Below are positions 37,368 to 49,993 of a stretch of DNA of 64,000 bases, in pieces. Source of the DNA: Takakia lepidozioides (lineage: Eukaryota; Plantae; Bryophyta); assembly GCA_030704615.1 (NCBI GenBank), contig CM060731.1, positions 36,952,001 through 37,016,000 of the forward strand. Reading direction: 5' to 3'. How positions within the stretch are numbered: position 1 is the first letter of the stretch; the number at the start of each line of letters is the position of its first letter. The notes below the pieces were generated by a model. The model was not told where the DNA came from. It saw only the letters and a program-made list of their open reading frames with translations, and did no database searches. Made by a program: the position numbers and the translations under genes.

Positions 37368-37867
37368 NNNNNNNNNNNNNNNNNNNNNNNNNNNNNNNNN
37401 NNNNNNNNNNNNNNNNNNNNNNNNNNNNNNNNNNNNNNNNNNNNNNNNNNNNNNNNNNNNNNNNNNNNNNNNNNNNNNNNNNNNNNNNNNNNNNNNNNNN
37501 NNNNNNNNNNNNNNNNNNNNNNNNNNNNNNNNNNNNNNNNNNNNNNNNNNNNNNNNNNNNNNNNNNNNNNNNNNNNNNNNNNNNNNNNNNNNNNNNNNNN
37601 NNNNNNNNNNNNNNNNNNNNNNNNNNNNNNNNNNNNNNNNNNNNNNNNNNNNNNNNNNNNNNNNNNNNNNNNNNNNNNNNNNNNNNNNNNNNNNNNNNNN
37701 NNNNNNNNNNNNNNNNNNNNNNNNNNNNNNNNNNNNNNNNNNNNNNNNNNNNNNNNNNNNNNNNNNNNNNNNNNNNNNNNNNNNNNNNNNNNNNNNNNNN
37801 NNNNNNNNNNNNNNNNNNNNNNNNNNNNNNNNNNNNNNNNNNNNNNNNNNNNNNNNNNNNNNNNNNN
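37368..37867. other. Assembly gap (500 N)
   Basis: Run of N. Contiguity across it is unverified. Confidence 1.
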
Positions 37868-39085
37868 CGTGATACGTTGAGGTATGCTACCATACGTGGT
37901 GGGGGCTATCGTCCTGGGGTTCGGAGATTCAACCCTGGTGACTATGTCTATCTGCAGCAGACTGCTCCTACGACCCTGGATGTGACTGCAGGACGTGTGA
38001 TTTTGAGGGTTCGAGAGGTCTTGCCCTCATGCGTCTTGGTCTTGGAGGGTCGGGATGGCATAACTTGGAAGGACCATGTGCGTAATGTGCGCCATGTCAC
38101 CTTCCGAATGTCGATGGCAGGGTTGACCCAAACCTGGCAGTGGTATCTGCAGGTTTGAGGTGCATGTTGTGTGGGTCTGCTAAAGGCGCAGCCACCATGC
38201 TGGTGTTGTGATCGATGCTCTAGAGGTTGGCATATGGGTGCTTGACTCCACCTCTTGAGATGGTTCCAGATGGGGATTGGTTATGTCCACAATGCATTGG
38301 ATAGTGGGAGTGGATACAACCATGGGAGGCTAACAAGCAACGCAAGGCCCAGCTACAGGAGACCTTGAATACACGAAGTCCTGGCTCAAGTTCACAGATT
38401 GCAAGACGGCGACTAACGATGGGGCTACTCTTGTACCCGGCCTCTTGGTCTATAGAGTTTGAGTACGATCGGGACAGTGATAGAGGACTTAGTATGGCTA
38501 TTACGTCTTGTAGCTATCTGGAGGTAGAGGGACCTATCCACCAGCTAGGGGGGCGATTGTGGTAGACTACTTTATTGTGCATATATGTGTGGTGTGGTTT
38601 GGACAGCGATGTAGTTGTGTAGCGATATGTATGCGCACGACAGCTGTCAAGTTAAATAAGCACAGTGTGAAAACAGCTAGCATAAAACTAGTTATTTGTA
38701 TTTAACACTTGGATTTAGGTCAAGTGTTAAATCAGGTGTCAAGTTTAGTTCGACACCTGGTCCGTCTTATCTTCACGAGAGCGGCAGTCGCGCGGCTCAT
38801 CTCTCTCGAGTTGAGCCTGCGCGACCGAGCTCCTGCATTCTTCAGATCTGAGTGTGCTTATGATGGGAGTGTAGGTTGTTGTGGGGTGGAGTCCCCATAG
38901 CTTGGGGTGCCCCTGGCTCGACTATTATCTTAAAGAGTGATGTTGAGGGATTGCATATTTCTTGTGTTGAGAGTGTGTCCTTTTCTAGTTTGGTTATCAT
39001 TGTGGTAGACTACTTTATTGTGCATATATGTGTGGTGTGGTTTGGACAGCGATGTAGTTGTGTAGCGATATGTATGCGCACGACA
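37868..39085 (+). mobile_element. Gypsy family 1, second copy: integrase tail/PHD, PPT and A-B-A terminal repeat (38558-39085), inserted into the 3' ORF of a family 2 element
   Basis: Near-identical to 2743-3964; the flank at 39086 matches 58540. Confidence 0.93.
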
Positions 39086-42070
39086 AGCAGGACTTGGGAA
39101 ATACAGAAGCGGCTTTGCAATTGGCCAAGGAACAATTGATTGAGGCAGGCCTCGCGCAAGACCAGTTGCACGAAGCACATAAGCAACAGCTATACCAAAT
39201 GCAGGTGCAGCATGAAAGCAAGTTGCAAGAAGTGAATGCACTACATACGGAGTTGCAAACAGTGCATGACAGGATGACGATACAATGTGCTACATTCACA
39301 ACTATGCTTGACCAATCTACAAAAGAAATAAACAGTCAAGCGGAAAAATGTACGAAGGCAGAAGAAGAGAATGTTGAGCAAATGAAACTCATTGTCGATA
39401 TGAAGAATACAATCTGTCGCAATGAGGATGCTTTCAAGCAATATAGGCAGGTTGAAGCTGATCAAGAGAAGCACATCGTGGAGTTGCACCAAACGATCAT
39501 GGCCAATAGAAATGAAATCGCGGTCAATAACAAGGCTTGGAGGGAAGCTAATAATCTGGCTGCTGCTTATGCAAATTTGGTTGAACCTCAGGCGAAGCGC
39601 ATGGAGGCTTTACAACAGCAGTTAGAAGTGTACAAGCTAAGAGAGGAGCAAACTCTCAGGGGAACCACAAGCAACTTAGTGGATAACAGCCTTATGCAGG
39701 TCTGGTTAGCACAAGGGCCAGTAGAGGGCAAAGCACCACGAAAACTCAACCAAAGCGAGATGAATGAGCTCAGACTACAAGTGCAGAACATTGCCACAAC
39801 TACTATAGACAATGTCTATAGTAGAATAGCAGAGTTACAGGAGGATGTAGACGGACTGCAGACTCAAGTGGAGGACCTCACTTCAAACATTGACAAAAGA
39901 GTCTATATCCCTCAGGAATAGCTAATGGCTTCTTATTTACAAGCCAGAACTTTGGCTTTTCAGTCTTCACAGGAGGTGCATGAGATGCCAATGATACAAG
40001 AGCCAGTACCACCAACACCACAACAAGTCACTGTACCAGTAGCTGAACCTATTGTTACTACAACCACACCACAGCCACCACAGCCTGAGGTATGGGGCAA
40101 TGCTGCTTTTAACCCACCTAAAACTCCAGCTGCAAGGGAGTACAGTAGGGCTATGATTATGCCCTTCAACCAAATTCCCATCATGTTGGATTTGGCTTGG
40201 AAAGAATTTAGTCCTCCGTAGTCATTCGCACATTACTACCAAATCATGCGCATCTGGCTGCCAGTGGCAACTAGGACTAAAGTTCTTCCGAACATCGATC
40301 AATTGAGGATCATCACTTTGCACAGTACTGGCACGAGGCAGGTACCATGTTGAGGGAATTAATTGCTTTCCAGGTTGTACATGGACTCATTTATACCAAG
40401 ACCAAGGAGGTAGCAAGTATTGTCATGGGATGCGGGTTATACTACGCTGTTTGTTTTCTGGTACGTTATCACATTGAGCAACAAAAGATGCAAACACGCT
40501 TTCTGAGTTATTACAGTGGAGATCATTGGGTATTACCTTCGGTGCCACCTCATATGTACCTATATGACCCAAAAGTTATGATGCAAAAGGATTCTCAAAT
40601 TCGTTCATGGTTTCAAGCGGCCTGGAACAATTTGTCAACACAGAAATTCGGCATTGATGATATTTTCTATAAGGGACATGTGGCATGGAAATACTTGCAC
40701 GCTGCATTGGTACCCCACTCACCTGGACAGACAAAGAGCTCAGTGTCTACATCAATTTTGCTGTTCAGCGGTTACACCAAGTTGTAAAATATAAACTTCC
40801 AGACATGGTAGGACAACATTGTATGCCCCAGAGGATTCCACAAAAAGTTCGAAAATTAAAACACCTGAGAGGCAATGAAGATTCTGATACAACTATTTCT
40901 TCACCGAATTCTTTTGACATGGGAGAAGACTATGCAGTTCAGATGGCAGAGAAGAAGCGACGGGGGTCTCCTATGCCGGAAAGGTTACCTCGATATCAGC
41001 CTCCAGAGGGCCTCACTTATCCAGGTAGTGATCAACCATCTCCGTCAACCAGAGACAGACCTCGGGCTCGTACACACAGTCCGCCACGAAACTCTCAACG
41101 TCAAAAAGGTGCTCACTCACAAAGGTTTGCTAATCGAAATCAGTAAACCGTGAGGACACGGCTTTTTGAGGGGGGAAGGGGTAATGTTAGAGGACTGTCG
41201 GGGACTTAGACACTTATACGGAATCTGTAGGGTACCCTTAATTTTTGCACAGACTGAGACCAACATGAGCCTTAGGGGTGACAACAGCGCACTGTAGGGG
41301 GGGGGGGTTACACAGCCCGTCACAGTCGTCATAGCCGACACAGCCAACACAGCCCGTCACAGCCACACAGCCAAACACAGTCGCACAGCCAGTCACAGCC
41401 CGTCACAGTTTCGCACAGCCAGTCACAACTTGACACAGCTGTCACGATCATAGGGAACGGAGAGCAGGACAGGGAACGACTGTGGGAAACAACACCTGCG
41501 AAGGGAACATGTTAGTTCACAGACGACGGTTAGTGAGGGAAACGGTTAGAACCACGGGTAGGAAGATAAAGGGAGAAGCGGGGAATTTTGGGGATATCAT
41601 TCGGAGGAGGACTTCTTGGTCATGGAGGAGAGGGGATCGGGCAGAGATGAAGAACGGAAGTGAAGATAGAGAGATGATGAGTAGATGCTTGATATATGCA
41701 AGGCTGTAATGATATTGTAGAGCAGATTAGAGACACAATGGCTTCGGCCTGATACCTGATAAATCATAATCGGATACTTTTACGATACAATCACACTGTG
41801 TAGAGAGATCTGAGTGAAGCTGTGGAATGAATGGATGAGTTGATGGAATCCAATAGATTGATAAAGCAAACTGATACTTAATTATCAATGGTAAGATAGC
41901 CAACATGAATGCCAAAAGGGAAACAAATAGGAAACACCCCCATGATACACTAGTTGTAGGTCATGACTGATTGTTTTGCGCGGGCTGAGTACTTAGAGAT
42001 TTCCAACTCTTCTATCTTGGAGTTTCCGCCTCGAATAGCGAAGGGATGGGTGAGTAAAAGCCGTGCGACA
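39086..42070 (+). mobile_element. Gypsy family 2 3' part: extra ORF remnant, PPT, 3' LTR 41185-42070
   Basis: Homologous to 58540-61596; TG...CA LTR; inserted into MULE-A repeats. Confidence 0.93.
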
Positions 42071-43987
42071 ACCTGGCGGATGGAAATCATGCGCCGGATT
42101 TCCATCCATCCGCTCACAAGTAACCTGCATGACAGAAATTTGCAGCGCCGACTTACCTGGAGGATGGAAAACCGGCGCCGGATTTCCATCCATCCGCTCT
42201 TCGAATTACCTGCATGACGGAAATTTTGCGCGCCGACTTACCTGGCGGATGGAAATCCGGCGCCGGATTTCCATCCATCCGCCATTTTTCCAGTTCAGGG
42301 CCCCGAAAATGGCTAAGTTCCTACGGTGGCTGGAACCGCAACTGGAAATTCGGCACCATTTTTCCAGTTCCGCGCCCTATCAGATCTGGGACTTAGCCAT
42401 TTTCGGCCCCGAACTGGAAAAATGGCGCCGAAACCAAAAAAAAAAAAACCTTTTTTTTCCCGTTCGGTGCCGAAAATGGCTAAGTCCCAGATCTGACTGG
42501 CACCAAAATCGGAAATTCGGCGCCATTTTTCCAGTTCTGGGCCCAGTCAGATCTGGGACTTAGCCATTTTCGGCCCCGAAATGGAAAAATGGCGCCATTT
42601 TTCCAGTTTAAGGCCCCGAAAATGGCTAAGTCCCTAGGGTGGCTGGAACCGCAACCGGAAATTCAGCGCCATTTTTCCAGTTCCACGCCCTGTCAGATCT
42701 GGGACTTAGCCATTTTTGGCCCCGAACTGGAAAAATGGCGCCATTTTTCCAGTTCGGGGCCGAAAATGGCTAAGTCCTTAGGGTGGCTGGCAGCAAAATC
42801 GGAAATTCGGCGCCATTTTTTCAGTTCCGGGCCCAGTCAGATCTGGGACTTAGCCATTTTCAGCCCCGAACTGGAAAAATGGCGCCGAAAAAAAAAAAAA
42901 AAAAAAAAAAAAAAACGCCATTTTTCCAGTTCGGGGCCGAAAATGGCTTAGTCCCTAGGGTGGTTGGCAGCAAAATCGGAAATTCGGCGCCATTTTTCCA
43001 GTTTCGGGCCCAGCCAGATCTGGGTCTTAGCCATTTTCAGCCCCAAAAATGGCTAAGTCCCTAGGGTGGCTGGAACCGCAACCGGAAATTCGGCGCCATT
43101 TTTCTAGTTCCGCGCCCAGTCAGTTCTGGGACTTAGCCATTTTCGGGCCCAACCTAGGAAAATGGTGCCGAAAATGGTTTACAAGTGAGTGGTCGCATTG
43201 TAAGTTGCCTCCTGATTTTGTGAAGCACCTCCCCTCGCTCTTTTATTTCATTGAAAGACCGTTTCTGCTTCTGCTGGTATTGACATTCTTCAAGTGGGTC
43301 TTACTGTAGGATGCCAAGTACTGTAGGAGGGACGTCTACACCGCAGTTCATGGGCAGGAGGAACGTGCATTTTTTTGCCAGGGGGGATTTCATGCCTAGT
43401 CCAGAAAGGGACTACATCCTTCCTACTTATGTTGCCCGGCTTGCTTCGGTGTCCATTAGGAGGTGTTCCGAACCTAGTCGTGTACAGCAGATTTTAGACG
43501 AGGCAAGCCTCAAGAAAATGAAGATGAGGGAGGAGGCAGCAGCTATTAGAGCCCGTCAGGCTCGTAGATTTGTCTTGGATTCAGCTGAGGAAAGTGGGGG
43601 AGAAGATGCAGAAGATTCCCAGGAGGTGAGGTGGACAGTCCCCCAAGAGGACGGGATTTTTGAGAGGCATAGTGGAAGTGATGCATCACAGAGCTCGGAG
43701 GATGAGGGGGATGAGGGGGATGAGGAAGAAGGTGGGGCAAGTTCCTCGGAGGGTGTAGGAGAGTAGTGCCCATTCCGGCTATGACAGTTAAAACACACTT
43801 GTATAGACGTGGCTTGCCACAAAATTTGCAATAAAATGTTGCATTTCAAGTCCACTGGTGCCACATTCCAACTTCACATGACCCTATTTTCGTGCCTCCT
43901 AACCCTATTTCCGTGGACACACAATGGTCTGCTCATGCTTTTTTTTTTTCCGCTCATGCTCATGCCGCTCATGAAATAGCAGCCCCC
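42071..43987 (+). mobile_element. Internally deleted MULE-A derivative (palindrome repeats, intron-5 repeats, last exon, right end)
   Basis: Segments match 5915-6330, 9800-10320 and 14375-15191. Confidence 0.85.
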
Positions 43988-46900
43988 GCCGAAATTGCCC
44001 ATGTACGTGTAGGCCACCTCTCACGTTCTCATTTCCTTTGAAGACTTCCACCGGGGTATTTCGGCGCCAAAATTCCCTTTTAAAATGTGATATATTGGCG
44101 TATTTTATGGCGCAGAGCGGGCTATTTCGGCGCCGAAATACCCAAGTGGAATGTGCTGAAGTGCCTTGTGCTGAAGGCTTCCATCGTGATATTTTGGTGC
44201 AATAATTCCTACATGAAATTTTATAAGGCCCTATTTTGAAGGCGCACACTGGGCTATTTCGGCGCCGAAAGTCCTAATATGAATGTTAGAAACGGCAGGG
44301 TTTTCATGGCTTCAAGTTCGCGGTTCGCTGGTGTGCATAAATTACTTGTAGGGTTCTTTACTTAACTTTGCGTCTCTTCTGCTTTTATTATTACATTGTG
44401 GTTTGCGGAAGAAATGTAGGGAATCGGACATGCAGTCTGAACACAATAATTTCAGAAATCGTCAATATTTTCATTAAGTGTTTCAGAACTGTACAACAGA
44501 AGGATCCAAATGAGACTTTGCTATGGCGAGGATCCGCGATCACTGTCCGATGCATCCCCGGCCTCATGCAAGGATGGCTGCCTTCCACCTGCCTCCGAAC
44601 CTGCACTGCCGCTACCGCTGTTACTCTGAGAAGCCCTCCCCTCAAAAATACCATTCTCGCCAGCTGGAACTGTCCTCATCATCCCCCTCGCTCTCAGACG
44701 CGGATTCTATGACGAACTTGCCTACTCTGCCTTTCACAATTCCATGTTTGGCCTCACGCCTCATTATAATTCTCTGCTCATTCCCGAATATCAATTGCTC
44801 AAACCGAGTAGGCCTATCCTCCCTCCTGATGGCTTCTCTAGCAGCCGTGTCTGCATAGGCTAATTAAAAAAAAGGGCTTATGGGGACTCGCGAGAAACGA
44901 TTTTCTGGCAAAGAATGGCCGATGCGATTATGTCTCCTCTTCTGCAACAGGGTCCAATTCGGGCAAGTCTCCCAACATTTCCTAGTCGGACGACTCTGCA
45001 AGGTTGAGTGTACGCACAAACACAGAATGACGCACATTAGAACATTCAAACAGGGAATCATCGGCAGGTTGTATGGTCCCTACAACCGAAACCAATACAC
45101 TTACTATGGTGCAACTCACTCGAAGACAGGCATTGCAGGAAACGGCTTCGGGCGCCCCTGCATCGGACAAATTTCTTGGACTTCCTCCTCCCCTTCCACG
45201 TCCTCTTCTGCGTTGTTGGGATCCTCAGTCGGAGGCAGACGCGGTAGGCCCGCCAAATTGAAATCGTATCCCCCTCAAATGAGAACACAAATCGGTTGGA
45301 CATCCTTCCCGCCCACATACAGGCATCTGCAAATTCATACGACACAACCAAAGCCAAAGTTAAGAATGATTCGCTTCCTCGCGCAAGCAAACAGAGACAA
45401 TCGGAAACGGTGTCAATTTGGTGCCGCAATCACTGAACGCTCTCACCTGTATTAGCAGTGATGTCGAGGACCCTGCCTTCAACATCCGTACACGTGTCTA
45501 TGAGCGTCTGGATGAATGCAGGACTCCTGGTCCTGCCATACCTCTAAGGCTTGCCCGACAAATCACAAAGCATGTCCTTCTCTCCCACATGGTTGAACAA
45601 GACGTTATACTCCAGTGGATCAACTGTGGAACACACTGCTCTTGGGAATTTTGGCGCCGAAATACCAAGGTCGGTGGTTTTAGGACGCCGGTGGTTTTAG
45701 CACAATTTCTTCCCGTAATGTCGTGGCACCTTCTCTGTCAAGCCCCTTCTAGCCCCAGTCATTTTCGATCGCCTGTGTGGATAGCCGTTGTCGGCCAATG
45801 GGGGCACGTATTGTCGTTGCCCCAGAGAAGATCACGTGAGAGGGTGTTCCGCATTGGGTTTTCAATGTTTGCATCTCCGTGTTGAAAAACAACAGTGATT
45901 ACTTGTCCCTCTCCATTCTCGGTGGGCGTACATTTCCTCAATGCCGCCTAGTGTAAATGCCTTCTGCATTCGACGGAGCGGGATTCAAGGATCGCGATTG
46001 TGTGAGCCGGTGATGGGAGACATTATGGTGGAGTTGGACTTTAGTGAAGGTACACGTAGGGTGACAAGTTTCCAAGCACTTCTGTGGGATTCTCTTTGGG
46101 TGAGGCTTGCCAGTGGACAACAGTGGATACTTGTTGTGCGAGATAGACCTGGAAGACGGAGTGTTCGTCTCTTCATCATGAGATGTTGCTGCGGCAAGTT
46201 CTGGAGGTCTTACTACCATAACTATACTGCACCTCCACAGTATTTGCTCCCGGATAGGGCTCTTGAGTTGCTCACTCACTCTTCTGGGCCAAGGAATATA
46301 TTGTTGACACTAAGGGAGAATCGGAACAGGTTTGTCCTGGATGTTTGCGAATTTCACGACGCTGTGGAGGAGGTCCCAATAGGAGGCCTCCAATATCTGC
46401 ATGTTTTCATGAACGTGACCTCTATAGATATCTTGTATCTTTATGTTCGCCATCTTAATCCAGAAAACGGCAATGCGCAGTGGACGACTACCGCACCACT
46501 CCTAATTCTGGACATGTGGTTCGACGACTCGGTGGTTCGTGTTGTGGATGTCAACGCAGCAGCATAGCGCGGTAAGGATCATTGTGGAGGGTGATTGGAG
46601 GGCATAGGCTCCGGGTTATGGTAGTTCCACAGGTTTCTTATGCCAAGGTGGTCCATTTCTGATGATGGAAGCTCGGAGTTGTTGCTGTACAAAATAAAAA
46701 CTTGTGGTTTCCTGATGTTTGTATTTCGAGCGTGTATGGCAATTTTCTGTCATGTCAATGTGGGTTTGATGTTGAGTTGAATGGGGTTTGCAAGTTGAAC
46801 TGTCGTCTGACCCTAAATATATTACCTTGTCAGCACAATGGCTTGTGAGGGCTACAATTTTGTGTCTCTTTCCTGTCCTGCACAATGTTTTACAGTGGTG

Positions 46901-47067
46901 ACGTGGAATAACGGCGCCGAAATACCTCATTCCGCATCCTGGACCAGGAGAAACAGACCCTATTATCGAGGTATGAGGACATAACACCGTCAATAAAAGC
47001 ACGAAAATTCCAATTCCGCGGATGCCCGCTCATGAGCTCATAGGCTCATAGGCTCATGAAAACCTCC
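43988..47067 (+). mobile_element. MULE-B copy 2, right part: inverted segment about 44041-45630, extra 1.27 kb, right end
   Basis: 43988-44040 matches about 33000-33055; 44041-45630 is the reverse complement of about 33137-34770; 46905-47067 matches 34798-34982. Confidence 0.85.
45941..46567 (+). CDS. Hypothetical 208-aa protein inside MULE-B
   Basis: Intact ATG-to-stop ORF with globular-looking composition, lying between element motifs; no recognised domain. Confidence 0.45.
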   Translation: MPPSVNAFCIRRSGIQGSRLCEPVMGDIMVELDFSEGTRRVTSFQALLWDSLWVRLASGQQWILVVRDRPGRRSVRLFIMRCCCGKFWRSYYHNYTAPPQYLLPDRALELLTHSSGPRNILLTLRENRNRFVLDVCEFHDAVEEVPIGGLQYLHVFMNVTSIDILYLYVRHLNPENGNAQWTTTAPLLILDMWFDDSVVRVVDVNAAA

Positions 47068-49276
47068 AAAACTAGCATGGCGCACAATCAAGCATGCATG
47101 TGTGGAGAGGATCCAAACACAAGAATGAAAACAACAACTCCCCCACATGAGAAACAACTCCACAGTGTCGCTCCTGCAACCTAGCCCACACCTGGACTGA
47201 CTCTTGCCTCCACCTACGGAAAGGTCTCGGCCTACAGAGAAGGTGGAAAGCTACGCGGAAGGGAAACTAAAGTAATGCCTATCCCCAGCACGTTATCATC
47301 CCAACACCCTCTTTTTTCCTCTCTTCTCTCACTTGCATGACCATGAGAGCATCCTATAGACACTCCTCAAACCGCCCTCCACGAGCTCATGAAACTTGGC
47401 CTCCAAGGCCCCATGCAAGCCTCCACAGGGTCCGCCAGTGCCTCTTTACGTCCACCAGCCATTCCTCAGAATGGAACCACCTTAGGAAACCACACCATTC
47501 GCTAAAGGTTCAAAAATGGAGCAAATAGAGGTACATATAGGCCCCAACAACATTCTGTCCAAAGGAATTACCTGCAGGCTGGTCTCCCCCATAGTTAAGA
47601 ATTGGGCTGAAAACCAGAAAAGATTACCTGCAGGGGAGTAATCCCCCTTTGTTAAAACGCAACAGGGAGACAATTCCGACTTTTCTGCCGGATCAGCTAG
47701 CTCAGAACCGTTGTTATTCAGAGCCCAGCCTCCCCATCAAGGTCCCACGAAACGAGTGATTTTTTATTTTTTATTTTTTCACTCTGCCTGTTCGCGGCCT
47801 TCCGTGGCTCCGCCACGACTCCTCACGGCCCGCCCTAGGCACTCGTTGGCCATGGGCTGCCTCATGATACCCCGTGGTACCACTCCCACAAGCCTGAATG
47901 GCCTGCCATTCCCACAATCTGATCATCGTGCCCACCCGTTGTGTCCGCACCACGACTTCCAACGGTCATGGTCAACCATCACGACCTGGGCTCGTGGTAT
48001 CTCGTGATACCACCCCAACGGCCCATCACGGCCACTATTCCCTGCGTTCCCTGGAACTCCCAACGAGTTCTCATGCGTTCCCGAGGCGTTCCCGGCGTTC
48101 CCACGCGTTCCCGAGCTCTTCCTGAGCTGGGGTTTGCTCCTGCACCTGCTGCCGACGAGCTATGGCTTCTGCGGAGCCATCAGCCCCGTCGCCCTGCACT
48201 CCTGAGCTCTCACCCCAACTCAACAAGCAAACTATATGCTGCCCAACAAGCTCCATTTCTTCATGAAGCTCACAAAAACGAATCTGAAAATACACACCTT
48301 TACAAACTTGGTGCCCCTGCACTTCTCATGCATATCCCCTGGCTCTAGGGCGCCTCGTTGCTGCCCCCGCTCTAGCCACTCCAAGAGCCCTTACACTGCT
48401 GAGTTTCAGATTGAAACTCCAACTCAGCACATTGTTAGAGGACTATAGGGGACTTAGACACTTATACGGGATCTGTAGGGTACCTTTAATTTTGCACAGA
48501 CTGAGACCAACAGGAGCCTTAGGGGTGACAGCAGCGCACTGTAGAGGGGGGTTACACAGTTGTCACAGCCGACACAGCCCGTCACAGTCGTCACAGCCCA
48601 CACAGCCGACACAGCCCACACAGTCGTCACAGCAGACACAGCCCACACAGCCCGTCACAGTCGTCACAGCAGACACAGCCCACACAGCCAGTCACAGCCC
48701 GGCACAGCCACACAGCCAGTCACAGCCCGACACAGCCAAACACAGCCAGTCACCGCTTGACACAGCTGTCACGATAATAGGGAACGACTGTGGGGAACAA
48801 CACCTGTGAAGGGAACATGTTAGTTCACAGACGACGGTTAGAGAGGGAAACGGTTAGAACCGCGGATAGGAGGATAAAGGGAGAAAGGGGGAATGAAGGA
48901 GGATCATCATTATTCGGGGGAGGACTTCTGAGTCAGGCTGGAGCGGAGATCGGAGGCAAGAGATGGAGAGCACGGTGAAGGAGAAAAGAGGATTAGTAGA
49001 TGCTTGTTATATGCAAAGCTGTAGTGATATTGGAGAGCAGATTAGAGACATAATGGCTTCGGCCTGATACCTGATAAATCATAATCTGATACTTATAAGA
49101 TACAATCACACTGTGTAGAGAGATCTGAGAGAAGCTGTGGATTGAATGGATGAGTGAAGAAAACCGATAGATTGATGAAGCAAACTAATACTTAATTATC
49201 AATGGTAAGGTAGCTAAGATGAATGCGAAAAGGGAAACAAATAGGAAACACCCCCATGATACACTAGCTGTAGGTC

Positions 49277-49972
49277 ATGACTGATTGTTCTGCGCGGGCT
49301 GAGTACTTAGAGATTTCCAACTCTTCTATCTTGGAGTTTCCGCCTCGGATAGCGAAGGGATGGGTGAGTAAAAGCCGCGCGACATTTGGCGACCATACTG
49401 GGGACCTGGGACATGAACAACCAGATGTGACAGGCATCTGGTGGGATCATGGTGGTTGGACCATTAAAGAATTTGAAGTGAATCAAATTCCCTGTGGAAC
49501 GAAGGAAGAAAGATTGTCCAAACGATTCTTTCAAAGGTTCTTGGAATTGCCAGACGGTTGTAAAGAAAATATTCTTAAACGAGTGCATGATGCTGATCCA
49601 GAATGGGGTCTGGAGAAAGGAGTGATAAAGATTTATCAGGTAGCCTGTAGAGGAAGAGCACGTTGGTTACCAACATTGGTTTATGTGATAGCATTGCTAT
49701 CCATTAAACGAGTAGAGTTTGAAGGCTGGGAAGAAAGAAAGGTGAATGTTTATACTCATATGCATGAAGAGCTTGTACTGGTAAAGAATTGGATTCCAAA
49801 GGATATTTTGTGGATCAAACTCACACCAAGAACAGCTTTTCAGACTTGTTTGCCATATGGTTATATGGTAACGGAGACTTCAAGTATAGCCAAGGGTGCA
49901 TTGAAGCTTGAAAGAAACCCAGGCATATACGAGAGATATTACAGAAGAGAGTTTTGGTTATTGCCACATTAA
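49277..49972 (+). CDS. Leader ORF upstream of gag (unknown function)
   Basis: Open frame running from the LTR across the PBS; homologues at about 36293-36850 and 16712-16858. Confidence 0.55.
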   Translation: MTDCSARAEYLEISNSSILEFPPRIAKGWVSKSRATFGDHTGDLGHEQPDVTGIWWDHGGWTIKEFEVNQIPCGTKEERLSKRFFQRFLELPDGCKENILKRVHDADPEWGLEKGVIKIYQVACRGRARWLPTLVYVIALLSIKRVEFEGWEERKVNVYTHMHEELVLVKNWIPKDILWIKLTPRTAFQTCLPYGYMVTETSSIAKGALKLERNPGIYERYYRREFWLLPH

Positions 49973-49993
49973 AAGAAATGAAAGACATGGGAC

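Noticed and set aside
37324-37893. ORFs containing X runs
   Set aside because: They span the 500-N gap.
47068-48432. Coding or LTR identity of the region flanking the full-length element (continues at 61602-62146)
   Set aside because: Probably degraded internal sequence of the minus-strand element starting at 62476, but no recognisable domain or second LTR supports a call.
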